A stretch of 64,000 bases of DNA from the NCBI GenBank assembly GCA_965248195.1, contig CBDFIQ010000002.1, positions 1,120,001 through 1,184,000 of the forward strand. Reading direction: 5' to 3'. This document shows, one piece after another, positions 58,397-64,000 of the stretch (positions are counted from its first letter, which is position 1; each line of letters begins with the position of its first letter). Position numbers and translations under genes: made by a program. The stretch is from Longimicrobiales bacterium. Lineage in GTDB: Bacteria; Gemmatimonadota; Gemmatimonadetes; Longimicrobiales; Gaopeijiaceae. Under the pieces are notes generated by a model. The model was not told the DNA's origin. It ran no database searches and worked only from the letters and a program-made list of their open reading frames with translations.

Positions 58397-60363
58397 CCCT
58401 TTCTTGGCTGGCCTTTGTAATTCTGGTGGCCGGCGCGGGGGGATTCGCGGCGTGGATTTACGTTCGCCGCGAGCTCCCGATCCCCGGCAGAGGGCTCCTC
58501 GGCACGATCCGCGCGTTGATCCTCGTGCTCGTGCTTCTCCTGCTCTGGGATCCGCGGCTGCCCGGTGGCCCGCGTAGCGGTACGTCCGAGGGTAGCTGGG
58601 TCCTGCTGGATGCATCCGTCAGCATGTCCGCCGGTGCGTCGGAAGGTGGCCCAAACTGGACGTTGGCGTTGGAGCGAGCCGGAGAACTCGCCGAGGCGGG
58701 CGCCCAAGTCCTGGTCTTCGGCGCAACTCCTCGGATTGTCGCCTTCGATTCTCTCGATACGTTACGTCCCGTCGCGTCTGCATCCAGACTGGCGCCTGCT
58801 CTCGCCCGGGCTGCGGAAGCCGGAGCCAGGCACGTAACGGTTCTCTCGGATCTCCGACTCGACGATCCGGTGGAAGCGGAGCTCAGTAGCGGGCGATCCC
58901 CTTTCGGCGTACAGATCGAGAGGAGTGGGGAGCCTGTCCGTAACGCGGGTGTCGCCCGCTTCGAACTTCCCTCCCGCGCCGAGTCGGGGCAGTCGCTCTC
59001 AGTCGGGATCGCTCTGTTCTCCGAGGGGACCGATCCGGGAGATACGATCCGCGTCGAGGTGTGGGAGGGCGAACGTCTCGTTGCCTCGGCTGGGGTTCTG
59101 CCCGCGGAGCCGGGTCTTCTCGCCACGGCGACCATCCGCTTGCCGGCTCCTCGGGACATAGGCTGGCTTCGGTATCGCCTGTTGGTGAGCTTGCCGGGTG
59201 ACGGATTCGAAGCCGACGATGCGAAATCCGCCTACACGGAGGTCGATCCGGAGGAGGGCGGTCTGGTCCTTCTTTCCCTCCAGCCGGACTGGGAGCCTCG
59301 CTTTCTGCTCCCGGTACTCTCACAGGTAACGGGGCTCGCTGCCAGCGGATTTCTCGGAATGAGCGGAGGCCTATACCTGCGCCTGGCTTCAGGCGCCCAG
59401 GTCGGACTCCCCGTGGATGAGGACGAGGTGCGGGAGGCGCTTTCGGGGGCGGACTTCGTGGTCATTCACGGCCTCGGTGCAGAAGCGCCGGATTGGGTGA
59501 GGACGACCCTCGGTGAAGCCCCGAGGTCGATCGTCTTTCCGTCGGACCCGGCGGGAGCACTTGCCTCGGGCGTGGGCGCCCGCTCGCGTTTGGATGGAGA
59601 GTGGTATGCGACGCCGGACCTGCCTCCCTCGGCGCTCGCGGCCAGTCTATCGGGAGCAGATCTGACGGGGTTACCACCGTTGACCGATATCCTTCCCCGG
59701 CAAACACAGCGGACGGCGCCGACCCCGATTCCGCTTCAGCGGCAGGGAATTGGACCCGCGGAGGCTGCACTCGTGCTGAACGAGAACCGAGGGCGTCGTC
59801 GGGTGGTGGTTCTGGCATCGGGGTTTTGGCGATGGGCGTTCCGGGAGGGCCCGGACCGGGAGGCGTATCGTAGGTTATGGGCGGGCGTCGCGGGATGGCT
59901 GCTCGCCTCTGCACCCCAGGACGGGACCAGGGATGTACGGCCCGCGAAGCGCGTGTGGAGTTCTCATGAGTCGATGCAGTGGCGAGCCCCGGGTTCGATT
60001 GGAGAAGAGGTCGGGATCACCCTCGCCCTGGGTGACTCGGTGGTCCTTGATACCACGGTGGCGGTGGATGGCGCCGGGCAGGCGCGGACAAGGCCGCTTC
60101 CCGTGGCCGAGTACTCGTACCGGATCACGCGCCCCGGAGAGGACGGCGTCATCGGAGGTGGCCGGATCGAAAGCGAGGGCCACAGCCTAGAGCTTCTCCG
60201 CCGGCCGGTGGACATCTCTACAAGGGCGTCGGATGAAGACAACGGTCGCCCAACGAGAGGGGGGCTAGGTCCGCCGCTACGGAGCCACCCGGCTCCGTAC
60301 CTTCTCATCCTCGTGCTCCTTTCCGCCGAGTGGATAGGTCGCCGGCGGGGCGGGCTACGATAG
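58393..60363 (+). CDS. Membrane protein with vWA-like domain
   Basis: N-terminal TMs, LLDASVSM MIDAS-like motif, C-terminal AEWIGRRRGGL. Confidence 0.75.
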   Translation: MTLSWLAFVILVAGAGGFAAWIYVRRELPIPGRGLLGTIRALILVLVLLLLWDPRLPGGPRSGTSEGSWVLLDASVSMSAGASEGGPNWTLALERAGELAEAGAQVLVFGATPRIVAFDSLDTLRPVASASRLAPALARAAEAGARHVTVLSDLRLDDPVEAELSSGRSPFGVQIERSGEPVRNAGVARFELPSRAESGQSLSVGIALFSEGTDPGDTIRVEVWEGERLVASAGVLPAEPGLLATATIRLPAPRDIGWLRYRLLVSLPGDGFEADDAKSAYTEVDPEEGGLVLLSLQPDWEPRFLLPVLSQVTGLAASGFLGMSGGLYLRLASGAQVGLPVDEDEVREALSGADFVVIHGLGAEAPDWVRTTLGEAPRSIVFPSDPAGALASGVGARSRLDGEWYATPDLPPSALAASLSGADLTGLPPLTDILPRQTQRTAPTPIPLQRQGIGPAEAALVLNENRGRRRVVVLASGFWRWAFREGPDREAYRRLWAGVAGWLLASAPQDGTRDVRPAKRVWSSHESMQWRAPGSIGEEVGITLALGDSVVLDTTVAVDGAGQARTRPLPVAEYSYRITRPGEDGVIGGGRIESEGHSLELLRRPVDISTRASDEDNGRPTRGGLGPPLRSHPAPYLLILVLLSAEWIGRRRGGLR

Positions 60364-60385
60364 GTGGGATGAGCCGGGACTGACG

Positions 60386-61309
60386 ATGGCCCGATTGTTC
60401 AAGCGGGGGGGCGAGAAGAAGAAGGGGCTTTGGAGGCGGGCCGTCGATCTCGCGCTGACCGATGTCCGGGTCGCCGTGGGAGGGGTCGACCACGAGTCAT
60501 TGGAATCATTGGAGGAGCGCCTCCTCGCGGCTGATTTCGGCGTGGACGCCACAATGAGACTCGTCGATCATGTCGATGCGCTCGCGCGCAGGGGTAAGGT
60601 GTCCGGCGGATCGGAATTGAGGCGTGCCCTCGCGGATGAGATCGCGCGGATCCTGGAGCCGGCCAGATCCTCCTATCTTCAGCTGGCCGACACCGGCACG
60701 ACCGTCTATCTGATCGTTGGCGTGAACGGCGTAGGCAAGACGACCTCAGTGGCCAAACTCGCACACCGTATCCGGGCAGAGGGGCGTAGCGTGATGATCG
60801 CTGCCGCGGACACCTTCAGGGCAGGGGCCGTCGAGCAGCTTCGGGTGTGGTCGGAGCGGGTGGGCGCGGAATTCGTGGCGGGCCAACAAGGGGGTGATCC
60901 GGCCGCCGTGGCGTTCGACGCCATCGACGCCGCCGAGGCCCGGGGGGTGGACGTCGTTCTGGTGGATACCGCGGGTCGCCTACACACACAGCGGAACCTC
61001 ATGGAGGAGCTTCAGAAGGTCGATCGCGTGATTCGTCGGCGCTGTGACGGGGCTCCACACGAATGCTTGATCGTACTGGATGCGACGGTCGGCCAAAACG
61101 CCGTGGCCCAGGTGTGCTCCTTCAATGGCACGGTCGAGTTGTCTGGTATCATCCTGACCAAGTTGGATGGCACGGCGAGGGGTGGTATCGTGGTGGGTCT
61201 CCAACAGGAATTCGGGGTACCGGTCAAGCTCGTGGGGTCCGGTGAGGGGATCGACGATCTGTCCGACTTCGATCCTGATGACTTCGTAGAGGGGGTCTTC
61301 GAGGAGTGA
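60386..61309 (+). CDS. ftsY: SRP receptor FtsY
   Basis: GVNGVGKTT, DTFRAGA, DTAGR, TKLDGTARGG. Confidence 0.98.
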   Translation: MARLFKRGGEKKKGLWRRAVDLALTDVRVAVGGVDHESLESLEERLLAADFGVDATMRLVDHVDALARRGKVSGGSELRRALADEIARILEPARSSYLQLADTGTTVYLIVGVNGVGKTTSVAKLAHRIRAEGRSVMIAAADTFRAGAVEQLRVWSERVGAEFVAGQQGGDPAAVAFDAIDAAEARGVDVVLVDTAGRLHTQRNLMEELQKVDRVIRRRCDGAPHECLIVLDATVGQNAVAQVCSFNGTVELSGIILTKLDGTARGGIVVGLQQEFGVPVKLVGSGEGIDDLSDFDPDDFVEGVFEE

Positions 61310-63396
61310 ACTTTGTCAGGCTGGACAAGCCGGTCCAGTTTCTGAAAGGGGTGGGGCCGGTTCGGGCCGAGGCGCTGGGGCGGATGGGAATCGTGACTGC
61401 CCGTGACCTCCTCTACCACGTCCCGCGACGCTACGACGACGCCTCCACGATCGAGCCGATAGAGCATCTGCAGGTCGGTACGGACGTCACGGCTATCGGT
61501 CGGGTGCGCTCGAAGGGCGTGATACCCACGCGAAAGGGCCTCCGCATCTTTCAAGCCGTCCTAGAGGACGGTTCGGGGATGATCACGTGCGCCTGGCCCG
61601 GGCAGCCGTGGCTGGAGCGGAAGCTTCAGGAGGGGGACCTCCTTCTGGTGACGGGGCCCGTGAAGTTCTTCCACGGGAGGCAGCTTCAGCCCCGGGAATT
61701 CACCGTGTTGGCTCGCGCTTCGGACGACGCTCCGGCGCAAGTCGCCGAGGGGCACGTTTTTTCTACGTATCCGGCGAGCGAGGAGGTCCCGCAGTGGGTC
61801 CTGCGGGGGCTGTTCGAGAAGAATCTCGACGTGCTCCTGACAGACGTGGCCGGGGAGGAATATCTTCCCGGCAAGGAGCGGAGCAAACTTTCGTTGCCGG
61901 GTCTTGGGGATGCGCTTGCGGCGCTGCACCGGCCATCCTCGTTGAGCGCCGTCGAGGCCGCCCGGCGCCGCCTCGCCTTCGACGAGTTGTTCTTCCTCCA
62001 GCTTGTCCAGGCTCAGGTCCGTTACCGTGAAACCGCACAGAAGCCCGGACTCGTGTTCGAGCGAACCAACGAGCTCATCCGGCCGTTGCACGAGGCGTTG
62101 CCCTTTGAGCTGACGGGGGCACAGGCCCGGGTCCTCCGCGAGATCTACGCTGACATGGGGTCGACCCGGAGGATGAACCGTCTCCTGCAAGGGGATGTTG
62201 GGTCAGGGAAGACGATCGTTGCCCTCTTCGCGATGCTCCTGGCCGCGGAGAGTGGGCGCCAAGCGGTCCTCATGGCGCCGACCGAGCTGCTCGCGGAGCA
62301 ACACTTCCGCAATATGAAAGAACTGGTCGAGCCACTCGGCATGACCGTCCAGATCCTGACCGGCCAGATGGGGACCTCGGAGCGGAAGAAGTCGTTGGAG
62401 GCGCTTCGTGAGGGTACCGCGGTACTCACTGTGGGCACGCACGCGCTCATCCAGGAGAGGGTCGAATTTCAAGACCTCGGCTTGGCGGTGGTCGACGAAC
62501 AACACCGCTTCGGCGTAAGACAGCGGATGGCACTGGGGGAGCGCAAAATTCCGCCGGATACGCTCATCATGTCGGCGACGCCGATTCCCAGGTCACTGGC
62601 GATGACGCTATACGGAGATCTCGATTTGTCCCTTCTCGACGAGATGCCCGAAGGCCGAAAACCTGTGAAGACCTTGCTCCGGTATCCAAGCAAACGAAGC
62701 GAAGTCCACCGCTTCGTGGACGAGCAACTCGAGACGGGGTGTCAGGCCTACATCGTTTACCCGATCGTGGAGGAGTCGGACAAGGTGGACCTACGGTCCG
62801 CCACCGAGGAGTACGAGCGGCTCTCGGCCGACGTATTTCAGCACCGACGGGTTGGCCTGATTCACGGCCAACGGCCCAGCGCGGAGAAGGACCAGGTGAT
62901 GCGGACGTTTCTTGCCGGGGAGCTCGACGTGCTGATCGCGACGACCGTGATCGAGGTCGGCATCGACGTACCCAACGCGTCCATAATGGTGGTGGAGCAC
63001 GCCGAGCGCTTCGGATTGTCGCAGCTTCACCAGCTGAGGGGCCGAGTAGGGCGTGGTGCCGCGAAGAGCTACTGCATACTCATTGCCGAACCGGGCGAGG
63101 CCGCGGCCGAGCGGCTGAAGATCTTCAGAGACACGTCCGACGGCTTCGCCGTGGCTCACGCTGACCTGCGCATACGCGGGCAAGGAGACCTCTTCGGCGC
63201 CCAACAGCACGGACGGGATCCTGTTCTGCGCTTCGCCGACCTCTCGAGGGATGAGGACCTGCTGATGGAGGCCCAGGGCCGGGCCCGGACCTTGATCGAG
63301 ACCGACCCGGAGTTGAGCGAAGACCGGGTCTCGCGGATCCGGGCGTTGATGGATCATCGGTACGCGGAGCGGCTGAAGCTTTTCTCGGTCGGATAA
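61306..63396 (+). CDS. recG: ATP-dependent DNA helicase RecG
   Basis: QGDVGSGKT, DEQHRFG, SATPIPR, QLRGRVGRG. Confidence 0.98.
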   Translation: MNFVRLDKPVQFLKGVGPVRAEALGRMGIVTARDLLYHVPRRYDDASTIEPIEHLQVGTDVTAIGRVRSKGVIPTRKGLRIFQAVLEDGSGMITCAWPGQPWLERKLQEGDLLLVTGPVKFFHGRQLQPREFTVLARASDDAPAQVAEGHVFSTYPASEEVPQWVLRGLFEKNLDVLLTDVAGEEYLPGKERSKLSLPGLGDALAALHRPSSLSAVEAARRRLAFDELFFLQLVQAQVRYRETAQKPGLVFERTNELIRPLHEALPFELTGAQARVLREIYADMGSTRRMNRLLQGDVGSGKTIVALFAMLLAAESGRQAVLMAPTELLAEQHFRNMKELVEPLGMTVQILTGQMGTSERKKSLEALREGTAVLTVGTHALIQERVEFQDLGLAVVDEQHRFGVRQRMALGERKIPPDTLIMSATPIPRSLAMTLYGDLDLSLLDEMPEGRKPVKTLLRYPSKRSEVHRFVDEQLETGCQAYIVYPIVEESDKVDLRSATEEYERLSADVFQHRRVGLIHGQRPSAEKDQVMRTFLAGELDVLIATTVIEVGIDVPNASIMVVEHAERFGLSQLHQLRGRVGRGAAKSYCILIAEPGEAAAERLKIFRDTSDGFAVAHADLRIRGQGDLFGAQQHGRDPVLRFADLSRDEDLLMEAQGRARTLIETDPELSEDRVSRIRALMDHRYAERLKLFSVG

Positions 63397-63487
63397 CGCG
63401 ACTACTCTCCGGGGCCGTGCCATCCCCCCGTACCCGTGTTTTGCCGGATAGCGGCCCACTGTACGTCCTCAACAGCCTACGAGCGAT

Positions 63488-64000
63488 ATGAGTCAGGAAG
63501 AAGTCACCGAAGTCGGATCCCTGGGCGAGTGCGTGGGGAAATCTGTCACCGTTCTGGGCTGGGTCGAGAGCACCCGCAGCCACGGCAAGGTCGGCTTCGT
63601 CATTCTACGAGACGGAACGGGGCTCGTGCAGGGCGTTCTGCTCAAGAAGGAGCTTCCAGAGGACACCTGGGCCCTGTTGGAGGCGCTCACGCAGGAATGT
63701 TCCGTGGCTCTCAGCGGCGAAGTACGCGAAGAGCCACGCGCACCCGGCGGATATGAGGTCGGCGTGACCGGCTTGGAGTTACTCGGAGCTTCGGAGGAGT
63801 ACCCGATCCAGCCCAAGGAGCACGGGGTTGAATTCCTCCTGGATAACCGCCATCTCTGGCTTCGGTCCAGCCTCCAGCGCGCGGGTCTGCGCGTTCGTCA
63901 CGAGGTCGAGCAGGCCGTACACGACTACTTGTATGATCGAGATTTCGTCCGCATCGACACACCCATACTCACCGGTTCCATCGGCGAGTCCGCAGGCACG
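63488..64000 (+). CDS. asnS: Asparagine--tRNA ligase (5' part, runs off the window)
   Basis: GWVESTRSHGKVGFVILRDGTG, RAPGGYEV, YPIQPKEHGVEFLLDNRHLWLRS, DTPIL. Confidence 0.93.
   Translation, partial: MSQEEVTEVGSLGECVGKSVTVLGWVESTRSHGKVGFVILRDGTGLVQGVLLKKELPEDTWALLEALTQECSVALSGEVREEPRAPGGYEVGVTGLELLGASEEYPIQPKEHGVEFLLDNRHLWLRSSLQRAGLRVRHEVEQAVHDYLYDRDFVRIDTPILTGSIGESAGT

Noticed and set aside
1..64000. CRISPR array, cas genes, retron or other reverse transcriptase, rRNA
   Set aside because: No regularly spaced repeat array or diagnostic motifs seen by eye

Overview
High-GC bacterial chromosome in two parts. Gemmatimonadota is a tentative guess, based on the ftsY-recG-asnS gene order and an integrase motif. 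(1) Positions ~1-30,300 are a decayed, IS-riddled accessory region. It holds three identical 1,376-bp IS256 copies and one divergent partial copy, each inserted in another IS (IS110 or IS3), plus IS30, IS91 and XerD-like relics. It also has a P4-type integrase, a phage scaffold/major-capsid relic, and a tRNA-Val(TAC) 3' half marking an att junction flanked by paired arm-type repeats. Secreted-enzyme cargo includes two PQQ-type dehydrogenases, a Tat aldo-keto reductase, a cupin, an LVIVD protein and an MBL-fold protein. The best candidate for an undescribed system is a three-gene operon at 2,944-6,884 (RHH/tandem winged-helix protein, winged-helix protein, MORC-like GHKL ATPase) with its own AT-rich promoter/operator and two single-base frameshifts. 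(2) Positions ~30,400-64,000 are core genome: porin, sensor kinase, Fur-box ABC ATPase, glpD and a GDPD, a TPR protein, the dcw cluster (mraZ to ftsZ, no murB/ddl), an M23 peptidase, ftsY, recG and the start of asnS. No CRISPR array or rRNA was seen. All calls come from reading motifs by eye; no searches were run.
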